The notes under the pieces: model-generated
What the model was told of the DNA's origin: nothing
Database searches by the model: none
What the model saw: the letters and a program-made list of their open reading frames with translations, nothing else
Part shown: piece after piece, positions 52,502-62,958 of the stretch
How positions within the stretch are numbered: the stretch's first letter is position 1
Layout of the letters: every line of letters starts with the position of its first letter
Assembly: GCA_977017575.1 (NCBI GenBank)
Contig: CDRNVI010000012.1
Span: 372,001-436,000 of the forward strand
Reading direction: 5' to 3'
DNA: 64,000 nucleotides
Origin: Paramoeba atlantica
Taxonomy: Eukaryota; Protista; Discosea
Made by a program: the position numbers and the translations under genes

Positions 52502-54451
52502 TCAAGCAGATCGAGATCGAACAGTGTCCGACTTGAAGATAGAGCTTAATTGTTGGTTGCCATGAAAACCCATGCTTTCAGCATTTTCACGTACTTCTGA
52601 TAGGGGCGAAGCGGTGTATGTTTCATCTGCTGACGATTCACTTTCACTTTCAACAAGGTATTCTACAGCTTGTTTGAGCTGCCACGCTTTTGCCGAACTA
52701 AGATCCTCAACGTCGTTTTCAAGAAACGCTGCTATCTGCCCCGGAGTAACGTGAAATCGATCTCTACATTCTTGCAGCTTCTCCACTTTAAGGGTATTTG
52801 TGTCGGGTGATTGCGAAGTGAACGAGGTTGAAACAGATTCTGGGTCACCATTTTCTGTTGAGCCTGTGGAGTCATCAGAACATGAGCTGTTCCTGCTAAA
52901 TAAATATTGATCTCGGTGGCATGCTGATGTGTCGTCGTTTTCACAGACCTCTAGAAACCAATCAAAGGTTTTCAACATGTCCTCTGCTGATAACCGAGCG
53001 GAAGGATCTATTTCCAGCATAGGGCGCAAAAACTGAGATATTTCAATCGATTTTTCGGAAGTGAAATTATATTTTTCATATAACACATCCTCCAATGACC
53101 ATAACTTCAAGTCAACAACATGCCGAAAACCACCGTAGCTCGTCAAGAATCGGTCTCGATACTTCCCGTTGCCACGTGCCATATGATTAGGAATGGGTCC
53201 TAGGGCTTCTACCATCTGGGCTAAATGATCTTCATCGCGGCTGTACTGCTTGGATTCCTTTGGGTCAAACAAAAAATCTCCTGTTATGAGTTCAAAGGCA
53301 AGGCAAGCTGCACTCCACAGATCCGTTGAGGTATCATAGTCGTACCCTAGGATAACTTCAGGACTCCGATACTGCCGTGTCTGAATTTCATCACTGAACT
53401 TTTTATTCCTCCAACAAGCGTTTCCAAAGTCAGCCAAAGTAACCTGCTCCGTACGTCTCTGCTCCCAATCTGCGCTTACTTGAGTATCTCGTTTCTCATC
53501 CCTCTTTTCCGAGTCAACACAAGAGAGAGATTCCGTGGATCCATTCAGCCCGTTTGATGCGTACACAGGCGTAGAATGCTTCTCCGGTTTACTTTCCGGA
53601 ATTTTCAGTTGCTTTACTTGTTCTGCCAATTTGTCAGCTTCGTCACTTCCTTGCGAGGGTTCTGCTGGTTGCCCGGGCTTTTTGACGTCCTTTTCGCGTC
53701 TCTTCAGCCTCTTCTTTTGCGACTTTGTAAGTAATTCTGGATTCTTTTCTGAGAGTCTGATGTCTTGAGCACGATCAGGAGGTACATAGTTCTGCATGAC
53801 TTGCTGAATTTTCAAAGTTGGTGCGGAAAGCAGTACATTTTCGGGTTTGAGGTCCGTATGAATGATGCCTAATCTATGAATGTGCACCAGAGCCTGCAGA
53901 ATCTGCTTCATTATCTTTTTCACATGAGACAAAGGTAACCCACGATAGTTATGCTTCTCAATCAAATGCAAAATATTTTCTCCCAGAACTTCAAAAATCA
54001 TAATCACGTGCTTCCCGTTTGGGCCCCGATGCTCGAAGAAATCAAGCATGTGCGCACAATGTAAAGATTTCCATTCATCATGTGAGATACTATACCGTAT
54101 TTGCTTCAATACTTCAATTTCGTCCATAGCTGCTTCTGTGTATTGTGCAGCGCTCTTCTGCACTTTCATAGCCGCAAATAATTCTGTATTGTAGTCCCAC
54201 ACAAGCCACACGGTAGAGAAATATCCCCATCCTAATTTCTGAATTACGCGATACCGGTTCCAGTAGAGCTCACCTATGTGAACAGGATGATATCCCCCTT
54301 TTCGGTACTCTCGTTTCCGCTCCATTTCTGTATCGCTAAAATCTTCTTCGCTTTCACTAACATAATCATTTCTTTCTTTTTCCTTTTTTCTTCGGATCTG
54401 CATTTGTGGGTTCTGCGGCCCATTCTTTCGTCTTAAAAGTGCATGTCGCAT
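52502..54451 (-). CDS. SRPK: SR protein kinase
   Basis: YRKGGYHPV, KLGWGYFSTVWL, HTDLKPEN, spacer insert, ADFGNAC, IQTRQYRSPEV. Confidence 0.95.
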   Translation of the reverse strand: MRHALLRRKNGPQNPQMQIRRKKEKERNDYVSESEEDFSDTEMERKREYRKGGYHPVHIGELYWNRYRVIQKLGWGYFSTVWLVWDYNTELFAAMKVQKSAAQYTEAAMDEIEVLKQIRYSISHDEWKSLHCAHMLDFFEHRGPNGKHVIMIFEVLGENILHLIEKHNYRGLPLSHVKKIMKQILQALVHIHRLGIIHTDLKPENVLLSAPTLKIQQVMQNYVPPDRAQDIRLSEKNPELLTKSQKKRLKRREKDVKKPGQPAEPSQGSDEADKLAEQVKQLKIPESKPEKHSTPVYASNGLNGSTESLSCVDSEKRDEKRDTQVSADWEQRRTEQVTLADFGNACWRNKKFSDEIQTRQYRSPEVILGYDYDTSTDLWSAACLAFELITGDFLFDPKESKQYSRDEDHLAQMVEALGPIPNHMARGNGKYRDRFLTSYGGFRHVVDLKLWSLEDVLYEKYNFTSEKSIEISQFLRPMLEIDPSARLSAEDMLKTFDWFLEVCENDDTSACHRDQYLFSRNSSCSDDSTGSTENGDPESVSTSFTSQSPDTNTLKVEKLQECRDRFHVTPGQIAAFLENDVEDLSSAKAWQLKQAVEYLVESESESSADETYTASPLSEVRENAESMGFHGNQQLSSIFKSDTVRSRSA

Positions 54452-54811
54452 GAAAGCAAGATAAAGTGTTCAATCTGAGCGGCTTAGCCAAATTCAGTCA
54501 CAAAGTGCAAAATGAAAGTAATCCGCAAAAAATGGTTTGCAATATAGTAAGAATTGCGTGTTTAATGATACTGAACTTTAATAAGTCAAAACTTGTTCCC
54601 TTCCCTGTATAAAAGTTTTCAGTATCAAAGATATGCTGCAATGAAATCATATGTCATGCGAACAAACTAAGCAAACATGTGAACGTCACGCACAAAAGAG
54701 CAAAATCAGCAAAATGTATCAGTACGTAGTTCCGTACTTCTCAGTCATCCTGCTGACCATTAGGATCTAATACCCTTTTAAATAGAGAGTTCTGCCACTT
54801 CGTAATTTCTC

Positions 54812-55459
54812 TCACATAGCACCACCACGTTTTTCCTGACCCTCTGTCCACGCCTTGGCAATCATTTGTTTCATGCTATCATCCCCATCATTGTACATGT
54901 CCTTCATGAGTTTCATAATGCTATCCCCCGGATTGGCATCGTCATCCGTTTTGCTTTTCCCAACAGAGGGAAATCGAGATACCTTTTCTTTGAGTTCTGT
55001 CCAATGTCCTGAATCTGATTTTGGTAACGTGAGAACCACCGCACCCCCGTGTTTTATCCGATACGAGCAGGCATCCGCTTTCACCGACTTCTCCAACGGA
55101 TAGAGCAGCAGTCGACAAGGCGTTCCCCTCACCTCAGCGGTAAACTCAGCCCGATTTCCCGAAGCCACGAGCTGTGGATTAACGACACCCTCCGTGTCCT
55201 GAACCCCCGACAACGTGAAATAGACTTTGACGCTCTTGTCGGTTTGATCCCAAGAATATTGCGTGAGTTCTTTAACGGGTAGTTTGACTTTTACCGTGTC
55301 CGTGGTTGCCACAGCAATGGGGGAACTGGAAGGTAGGTCTGCGCCTTTAGCTGTTGTCATCGAGGTTAACAAATTTTGCAACGCTGCTCGCACGTTGGGT
55401 CGTTGTGCATCCGAAATTAATCTCTGCAACTCGTTAATATCTTCTTGAGGAGTGATCAT
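54812..55459 (-). CDS. CACYBP: Calcyclin-binding protein/SIP (CS + SGS domains)
   Basis: DINELQRLI..AQRPNVR, YSWDQTDKSVKVY, IMKLMKDMYNDGDDSMKQMIAKAW; ATG 55459. Confidence 0.85.
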   Translation of the reverse strand: MITPQEDINELQRLISDAQRPNVRAALQNLLTSMTTAKGADLPSSSPIAVATTDTVKVKLPVKELTQYSWDQTDKSVKVYFTLSGVQDTEGVVNPQLVASGNRAEFTAEVRGTPCRLLLYPLEKSVKADACSYRIKHGGAVVLTLPKSDSGHWTELKEKVSRFPSVGKSKTDDDANPGDSIMKLMKDMYNDGDDSMKQMIAKAWTEGQEKRGGAM

Positions 55460-55591
55460 GGTGTAAATAAAGGATAAGATCAATAGATCCTTGTAAGATG
55501 AAATAACGCAGAGATGAAATTGTGTGTGTCATGTAGAATAATCACGTACAACTCATAATTCATCACATAGAAATAGTCTAGAACACATGGT

Positions 55592-56707
55592 TTACCGCTT
55601 CTTACCATTCTTTGGAAGCACCTGCAAAGATTTAATCTTGTCCTCCAATTGCGTTAGCTCTGGATCTGCATTATCGCAGGCCGATCTTTGTTCACAAAAA
55701 CCATTTGTTTCGTTCTTTGGAGGATTTCGTGATTTTTTGTGTTTTGCAGTCGAAGGTCGAATATTCTTGTGAGCCTTCCTTTCATGCGATTCTGATAAGT
55801 TCTCCGAAGATGTCATGCGTCGTGCGCAACCAAAAAATCCAACCTGAGGTGCGCCGCTCTCTAAACACGTCGGTTCCTTCTCACATTCCAGGCTTTGTGC
55901 TGTCTCCTCTCTCTGATGTGACATTTCGACAAACTCCTCAACCCCTCCTTCCCCTTCCTCATATACAGCGGTGGCTAACACACAAAGCGAGGCATTGTTG
56001 CAGCTTTGAACCTTACTCTGTAACTCCCGGTAGCGAGAGGGTGGGAGTGTCATCGTCCACACAGATCCTGGTATCGAATCTGTCGCATCGGATGAGGAGA
56101 CCGTCGAGCTCTCCACTCGCAAAAATTCCATCGAATGTAAAACCTCTCCTATTCTTTGCGGTCCAGAGACACGCACGCGCATATCTGCCCGTGCCAGCGG
56201 CAGCGGTTGGCTCTCCACAAGGGACTTCACGACATGTAAAATTTGTGGTTTCATCGCGGTGTGCAGACGGACGGCGAATCCCGTATCCCGCATCACACGC
56301 TCCAGGACACTTTTTGAATAGCGCCGGCGGGTGCGGGGGTCCACGCAAAGCTCCGTGACGCCGGTGACGACTTGGGACCACGCTTTTTGGTACTCCGCCT
56401 CGCGTTCGAGCTCAGCCACTTGGATTTCCCCATGCTGGAGAATATGAGAAAGGACGGTGGCCTCATCTGTGGTGCCGAAACACTTGGAAAGCTCCGCGCT
56501 GGAGGCAAACTGTCCCGTGCTGACATTCGTGAAGACACGCTCCGTGACCACTACGTCGTGGAGGTTATGTTGGGCTCCGCTACGGTAGGCGAGTACGGTG
56601 TTTTTGTGACACGCAATTTCGAATCGCTTTCCTTTCTGACGCAAACGAACGATGGAGATACTGTTGTGCCTCCGTTGATTGAGAGGAGTAGTGATGCGAG
56701 CACTCAT
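55592..56707 (-). CDS. SBDS: Ribosome maturation protein SBDS/Sdo1
   Basis: IVRLRQKGKRFEIACHKN, VFTNVSTGQFA, ILQHGEIQ, CVDPRTRRRY; ATG 56707. Confidence 0.92.
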   Translation of the reverse strand: MSARITTPLNQRRHNSISIVRLRQKGKRFEIACHKNTVLAYRSGAQHNLHDVVVTERVFTNVSTGQFASSAELSKCFGTTDEATVLSHILQHGEIQVAELEREAEYQKAWSQVVTGVTELCVDPRTRRRYSKSVLERVMRDTGFAVRLHTAMKPQILHVVKSLVESQPLPLARADMRVRVSGPQRIGEVLHSMEFLRVESSTVSSSDATDSIPGSVWTMTLPPSRYRELQSKVQSCNNASLCVLATAVYEEGEGGVEEFVEMSHQREETAQSLECEKEPTCLESGAPQVGFFGCARRMTSSENLSESHERKAHKNIRPSTAKHKKSRNPPKNETNGFCEQRSACDNADPELTQLEDKIKSLQVLPKNGKKR

Positions 56708-57057
56708 TCGGATATGTGGAAAAGGAAAAGGAATGTTTATTGTTTGTATGCTTACTGTACACCATGCAAGGATAGTCAACGAGGACCATCAGTGTAAAAG
56801 CCTTCTTAGAAAAACAACATGTGTTAAAATACTCATCACTATCACTATTCTGATTAGGGCATGTGATTTTCCCTCGCATACGTAATACATGTGTGCTACG
56901 CTGTATGTAGTTGATTTCTTTTTACATTGTTCAATGCCCTGCGCCAATGTCATAAGAAAATACATGATTATCTGCTGATCTTTGACACTCAAAAATTAAC
57001 TGTCATGTATGCAATACAAATATACTCCTACATTCTTCACATATTAGACATCAGATC

Positions 57058-57894
57058 TTAGTGTTGTGTACTATGTGCTCGTGGATGCAATGAGCCAAAC
57101 ACATCTCCTAGAATAAATGAGCCGTTGTGTGGCACGAACGATACATTGGGAGAGTTCACCAATTCATTGGAAATCTCCTTGGCTGCTTCAATACGTCGAA
57201 GCTCCACAAGACCATTACCAGCCTTTTGCATCGCATTGCTAATGAGTCGCGCTGCGCAAGATTCACCCTCTGCTCGAATGACGGCAGCTCTTTTCTTTTG
57301 CTCGTTCTCTTGAACAACAAATTTAAAGCGCTCCGCCTCTTGCTGCGCGACTTGCTTTTGCTCCACAGCCATCATGAACTCCTTTCCGAAAGAGATATCC
57401 ATCAGACTGATGTCGTCCAGAATAATGTTAAACTCGCGGCTAGCTTTCTCGCTCATCCAGCTACGAATACGTTCACTCACCTTTTCACGGTTCACAATAA
57501 GCTCCTCGGCATTATGTTCCGCAACCACAGCCTTCATGATTTCATTTCCAATCGAGGGCAGAATCTTTTCGTCATAGTCGTGACCGAGCTCCCGGTAAAT
57601 ATCTGGAAGCTTCTCCACACAAGGGCGAAACAAAACGCGAAGGCGTATGTTCACCATCTGCAGGTCCTTCGTTCCCGTCATCGTACTGATCACACGCGGC
57701 CGCAGGCGAATGTCAAACAGCTTGGGGACTTCCACCATGGGCATACGGAAATGGATGCCTTCTCCATAGGTACCGTCCTTGATACCTGAAAGCATGGAGT
57801 AGACCACCGCACACTCCCCGGGGTGCACAACGTAGGTGCACGTTCCAGCAGCCACGGCACCCAGCCCAAAGGCAACGGCTGTGCGCGCGAACAT
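57058..57894 (-). CDS. PHB1: Prohibitin 1
   Basis: TGTKDLQMVNIRLRVLFRP, ILPSIGNEIMKAVVA, AVEQKQVAQQEAER, ELRRIEAA. Confidence 0.92.
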   Translation of the reverse strand: MFARTAVAFGLGAVAAGTCTYVVHPGECAVVYSMLSGIKDGTYGEGIHFRMPMVEVPKLFDIRLRPRVISTMTGTKDLQMVNIRLRVLFRPCVEKLPDIYRELGHDYDEKILPSIGNEIMKAVVAEHNAEELIVNREKVSERIRSWMSEKASREFNIILDDISLMDISFGKEFMMAVEQKQVAQQEAERFKFVVQENEQKKRAAVIRAEGESCAARLISNAMQKAGNGLVELRRIEAAKEISNELVNSPNVSFVPHNGSFILGDVFGSLHPRAHSTQH

Positions 57895-58360
57895 GGGTGA
57901 AATTAAAGGAAAGAAAAGAGAGAACGTTTTGAAAAGTATGATTGCGTTCTAAGGTGACGACATAAAAAAACATGGATGGGTAGAGAGACATAGGGAAGCA
58001 CACATAATTTTTATGTACAAGTGCTCTTAATTCTTTTTCAAACGTACACAAATCTATCTCAATGAACACTTTATACTGCATCCACCCAACTCCGAACAAT
58101 ATTGTATCATTAGAAATAGGCATGAATTGCTCGTTCTTCTTAAGTGTCCCGATCGTCGCAGCTGTAGTGTGCTTTCCCACACGCCGGGGAAAAATATTAT
58201 CAAATGGTTTCAACGGCGTTTTCTGTGGAATCCGAAGCCACGAATGAAAGGAAAGGTAAGGTAAACCTTGCATGGAAAAGGAGATGCTGAACTGAAATAG
58301 TTGCTGCTGTTTTACATCGTATTGTGTATGGCCAACATGCACCTCTATTCATTAGTATAT

Positions 58361-61246
58361 CTACTCATTTATGTCTGGATTAGAAAGTTTTACTTGCCGT
58401 ATTCGATCTAGGCCAGGGGAAGTCGAATTTACTTTGCCTTCAACTTTCGACGACTCCGAAAATGCAACCAGCTCTGCAGCTTGCTCCTCAGTCAGAGTAT
58501 GATGCGACAACTGTTCGGCGATCTCTCTAGTTACCGTGTCGAAAATATTGCCTTCAAGTGAAAGTTTGGTATAGGAACGAAAAAGTTTCCACAAATCCTT
58601 GGTGCTGTACTTCACGTTCTTTAGTACCATTTTTGTACGCCTAGCTAACACGAAAAGCACTTGTTGAAGTGACTCACAGGGCTCGCCCCCTTTAATATAC
58701 TGCATCCAATGGTCGGTTGCGAAGACATCAGCCAGTTGGGTGACTTTTGTGGCTGTAAGCAGCGTCGCATTTGCCTCCACGTGGCTTAATATTCGTTTGC
58801 GTAGTGCGATAGATTGCAGGAGACCCAGAGGGCCCATTGCAATGGCCCAGTTCAGCAGGACACCTTGATCTGTGACGATACCGGTGTGGTTCTCCCAAGA
58901 GGAACGAGCAATGTGCCGCAGCGTGTCACGGCGCGGGACGTAAGCCGTCTTACACATACAGTACAGCCAGTCCGATGCAAGGTGCAAAACCCACGCGCGG
59001 CTCAGCGTATCCTCCACGTGTTTGTACACGACATCCAACAGTGTGGTTCGGTGACACTGAAGATCGCCAAGGGCGCGAAGCAACATGTTTAGCACGGGGC
59101 CGCTTGGTATCACAGGGGTCTGCGAATCCGGCTTGGGTATCAGTTTCTCTTCAGCAACTGTGTATAAAAGCTCCAAAATGTCGGGCGATATTGTTGGAAG
59201 CACAGAGAACGCACGCAACGTCGTAGTTATATCGACAATGTTTGTCATTTCACGGCTTCGTAGTCCTTCCTTAATGCGTTTCGTGAGTAAATTCGTGACG
59301 CTGGGCTCCAAGCACATTAATACCGTTAAAGAGTTGAGAACTGAGCATGCAGATTGAAGACTCCATGGGCCACAATTCGAAAATTTTGAGCAAAGCACGT
59401 CCTTAATTTCTTCATTGTATCTTACCGACTGACTCATAAAAGATAGGATCATAGCTATTTGTCCAGGGGAGAAATAGAGACTTTTTAAACTCAGTAAGCG
59501 TTCGTATACGAGCAACGTAATTTCTCGTGACAGAGGGTCTGATTTCCGCCTAGTACGGGCATTTAAAAAAACGGTAATGGTTTCTATAGATGTTCTCGGC
59601 AAAGATCTCTCAAATGAGTAAGAAAGTTCGCTCCACGCGTCAATATTTATTACCCTCGACGAGGCCATGATCTGCATTAACGTCGCATGATCTTCTGAGA
59701 AATCCAACAAAGAATTGCGGAGTAGTCCAGGTAGGCGTATCCAGAGTTGTGAATATATCAAATTTTTTCGCTTTTCTTGCTCATATTTGTTTCGATATAC
59801 AAACTGAGTTAAGAGAATGATGTCTTCAATACTAAAATCACACGTTTCATTCGCTTTTGAAAGTTCAAGTCGAGTTTCCACTTGATGAAGAATTGCCTTA
59901 CCGAACTCAGCATGTTTTTTAGGAAACTTGTCACCAACGCAATATCGTACGAGTTGCACGAGATTATGGTTATCAAGAACACCGTCAGGTTCGGATTTTG
60001 CATTACTCAAAATTTTTGCAATGAAGTCATGCGCCAATACAGGATCACAAATCGCCGAGCGAAGCATAACTTGTAGAGCAATGGTCAGTGTACTCGACGG
60101 CGCATCCTCAATATTCTTATGTACGTGGCGGAGCAGTGCATTGTACACTTCGGGGTTACCTAAAAGAAGTCCTCTAGTGCTGTGAAGCAGATCCCTTGCA
60201 TTACGAACGGAACAACTCTCAAGGTTTTGTAAAATCATGTTTCTCACCGGGTCACACAAAGCTTTCGTTCTATGAAGTTTCAGTACGTTTGCACCTCGTA
60301 GCAGCTCGCAAAGCCGAGGTATCGATAGACATGCAAGGCATGGAATGCATGAGTCAAGTAGGACTTGATGTCCTTCTCGATCAAACATTTCGCGTTGTCC
60401 GACGTTTAACACACAAAACGATTCCATGTATGGCGGAACGCATTGAACAGAACGTTCATTGAGCGGTACAAGACGCATCATGGCATCATGAAAGAATTTC
60501 GCCGTCGTTTTCCGAAGAGAAAGTTTCATTCGGCCTACCATCGACAGAATATGAGGAATACGTGAACATGAAAATCCCGTTGCTTCACAATTTGAAAGGG
60601 TTTCTGCTAAACTGTTTAAGACATGCTGATAATCTGCATATTCAGTGCCGTGAACCATATCCATTGCAACGAAAAGTTCTGCTAAAGCATTAGGGTCGCT
60701 ACTTGAAAGTAACTTTTGTGCCCTACTGAGGAGTATACGAAAGAAACCATGGTCATATGAAAATCTGTCCTGTTTGACAACAGAAAGGGCGTTCGCTACT
60801 TGTGCTGCATCCATAGTGTGAATCAACTCACAGTATCGACTTCGGCATTTCTGTAATAGGACCCATGGCATGGGCAACGTGACTTCGCTGGAAGTCCTCA
60901 AAAATGCTGTTAATTCTTCTATCGCCAGTTCGGACGCTAATAAATCTACTCGGTCATATAACTCGCCAACGAATTTGTCTGTGTGCAGGCGTTCAGTCGT
61001 TTTATCCAACCCTAAAGCATGGAGTATAACCGCAATATCCCTTGCACTTAGTTTGCTCACAGTGATACCAAACAGATTTTTATTGTAGCCATGTAAAATG
61101 CACTGCGGAGGTGAGTCGAATATTTCCAACAAGGACTTCAATACTTTCAAAGTTTCCGCAACATTTAGAATATGAGGAGGTAACGTGCGCTGCAAGAGTC
61201 TTTGTAGAGACAATGGACGCACATGGGCAAGTGACAACAGCTTCAT
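58361..61246 (-). CDS. Large helical-repeat hypothetical protein, possibly mitochondrial
   Basis: 961-aa ORF, presequence-like N-terminus, Leu-rich helical repeats. Confidence 0.75.
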   Translation of the reverse strand: MKLLSLAHVRPLSLQRLLQRTLPPHILNVAETLKVLKSLLEIFDSPPQCILHGYNKNLFGITVSKLSARDIAVILHALGLDKTTERLHTDKFVGELYDRVDLLASELAIEELTAFLRTSSEVTLPMPWVLLQKCRSRYCELIHTMDAAQVANALSVVKQDRFSYDHGFFRILLSRAQKLLSSSDPNALAELFVAMDMVHGTEYADYQHVLNSLAETLSNCEATGFSCSRIPHILSMVGRMKLSLRKTTAKFFHDAMMRLVPLNERSVQCVPPYMESFCVLNVGQREMFDREGHQVLLDSCIPCLACLSIPRLCELLRGANVLKLHRTKALCDPVRNMILQNLESCSVRNARDLLHSTRGLLLGNPEVYNALLRHVHKNIEDAPSSTLTIALQVMLRSAICDPVLAHDFIAKILSNAKSEPDGVLDNHNLVQLVRYCVGDKFPKKHAEFGKAILHQVETRLELSKANETCDFSIEDIILLTQFVYRNKYEQEKRKNLIYSQLWIRLPGLLRNSLLDFSEDHATLMQIMASSRVINIDAWSELSYSFERSLPRTSIETITVFLNARTRRKSDPLSREITLLVYERLLSLKSLYFSPGQIAMILSFMSQSVRYNEEIKDVLCSKFSNCGPWSLQSACSVLNSLTVLMCLEPSVTNLLTKRIKEGLRSREMTNIVDITTTLRAFSVLPTISPDILELLYTVAEEKLIPKPDSQTPVIPSGPVLNMLLRALGDLQCHRTTLLDVVYKHVEDTLSRAWVLHLASDWLYCMCKTAYVPRRDTLRHIARSSWENHTGIVTDQGVLLNWAIAMGPLGLLQSIALRKRILSHVEANATLLTATKVTQLADVFATDHWMQYIKGGEPCESLQQVLFVLARRTKMVLKNVKYSTKDLWKLFRSYTKLSLEGNIFDTVTREIAEQLSHHTLTEEQAAELVAFSESSKVEGKVNSTSPGLDRIRQVKLSNPDINE

Positions 61247-61348
61247 GATGCACGAGTTGTGTCATACACAAAGGAAAATAATTACGATAAACTTAGACAT
61301 CACATAGTTAGGACATAACAAGTAAACCTAAGACAAAGTACACCCGGT

Positions 61349-61373
61349 GTGAACCTATCGACGATAGGTTCAC
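61349..61373. repeat. Perfect 25-bp palindrome with 1-nt spacer
   Basis: GTGAACCTATCG-A-CGATAGGTTCAC. Confidence 0.8.
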
Positions 61374-61796
61374 GATAATCGTGGGTCGTTTAGTTTTTTT
61401 CCACCTATAACCTACTTAGAGGGTTGAAACCTATGAAAGGCAAAACCTGACAAAACCCGCATAGTCATCATTGACGTGGCGAAGAAAAGTACTATGTCAA
61501 AAATGGTGAAGAGCATACTTCAGGACGCCAGCGCATGTCCTTTCTCCTGTCAAGACATGCTTTGTGGCACGAACACCACATTATAAGCATTTAAACTTAC
61601 TCGAAAGCAAACTCTAGAACAAACTTCCTGTGCACACATTGAAGAACTCTAGTTTGAGTACCTACATACAACTCCGGTCAGATTGACAAAGCTGAATCAA
61701 ACATAGTCATGCGACGAAACACACCGTTTGTCACGAGATCGCTTTCCCATTTTCCACTTCTTCCAATGGAATCCGTTGTCCCCTCCTTTCCCTCTC

Positions 61797-62765
61797 CTAG
61801 AAGTACCCCGTGTCATTTAACCCCACCCGCGGCACCCTCCACCCAGTCTCGATCAACTCATACACCCGACGCAACGCCTCGTTGTTTCGTCTCTCATACC
61901 CCATCGAGGTCGGGGCCCCATGCCCGGGCAGCACTGCTGTGTCATCGGGAAAATCCTCTAACATGCGAAGCGAGTGGGCGAGTTGATCCCCGCACGCGTA
62001 GGGCAAATCTACGCGAGCGATGGAATCACGAAACAGTACATCCCCAGTAAATAGCAACCGTTCTGTCGGCAGGCTCAGCATCATATGCCCCGTAGAGTGC
62101 CCCGGGGTGTGGATGTACTGACACGGAATGTCCCCGAGCAAAAAGAACGCATCCATTCGTCGTGAGGCACAGCCCATTAAGTAGTCGCCCTCCCCACGAC
62201 GACCTGCGCTAATGTTTGGACAGGCCCGAGGGATGGGCATTTGCACCTCGGCCATGTCATAGCGTCGGTACCGTTGACACACCTGGGTCCATTTCTCCAT
62301 CCATACCCCATCGACGGGGTTGTACGCGAAACGGGTATCCTGGCGATTCTTATCCCGAAGGTAGCAGAAAGGGTGAAGCCCGATGACGTTATCGATGTGA
62401 AGATGGGTGAAGAAAATAAATTTAAGCTCGTAGGCGGCGTTGTCCATGAAGGTTACCCAGTCATCAGGCCAGTCGTCTGACATGTCGATGAGAATGCAAT
62501 CGTTTTTTTGCTGCTTCTCCGGGGGTGTTTTGGTCGCGATAAGCCATTGATTGGAGCTAAAATTGTTAGCAAAGGCTCGGCGAAAAATGCGTACGTGTTT
62601 GGATTCGTGGTGTAACAAAATGTAATGCGTGTCCAGTCGGTCCTTGCGGGGAATCCCTGGATTCCGTTCGGCTCTCTGCCATTTGAAGTGATCGATGGTC
62701 TGCGCATGAGCATTCGAATTTCCAATAAAAGGAATACCGCATCGAAGAAGAGAACGGCGCAACAT
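61797..62765 (-). CDS. Metallo-beta-lactamase fold (glyoxalase II-like) protein with mitochondrial presequence
   Basis: MLRRSLLR; THLHIDN, HTPGHSTGH, FTGDVLF, LPGHG. Confidence 0.88.
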   Translation of the reverse strand: MLRRSLLRCGIPFIGNSNAHAQTIDHFKWQRAERNPGIPRKDRLDTHYILLHHESKHVRIFRRAFANNFSSNQWLIATKTPPEKQQKNDCILIDMSDDWPDDWVTFMDNAAYELKFIFFTHLHIDNVIGLHPFCYLRDKNRQDTRFAYNPVDGVWMEKWTQVCQRYRRYDMAEVQMPIPRACPNISAGRRGEGDYLMGCASRRMDAFFLLGDIPCQYIHTPGHSTGHMMLSLPTERLLFTGDVLFRDSIARVDLPYACGDQLAHSLRMLEDFPDDTAVLPGHGAPTSMGYERRNNEALRRVYELIETGWRVPRVGLNDTGYF

Positions 62766-62958
62766 CAGTTAGATCAGATTCATCCGAATCTCATAACGTT
62801 CATTGTAAGAAACCATAAAAAAAATTCATAAGTTGAATATGGAAAAGATTTTGCTGCGGGTTACTTTTATATATCCTATTTCACAAACATCACTGTTGAA
62901 ATGGAACGTCTAGCTAAATTAACGGGGATACAATTAAATAAAGGAAAGTGAAGTAATC

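Noticed and set aside
55705-56358. 217-aa plus-strand ORF
   Set aside because: Antisense shadow of SBDS
57127-57789. 220-aa plus-strand ORF
   Set aside because: Antisense shadow of prohibitin; no independent motif
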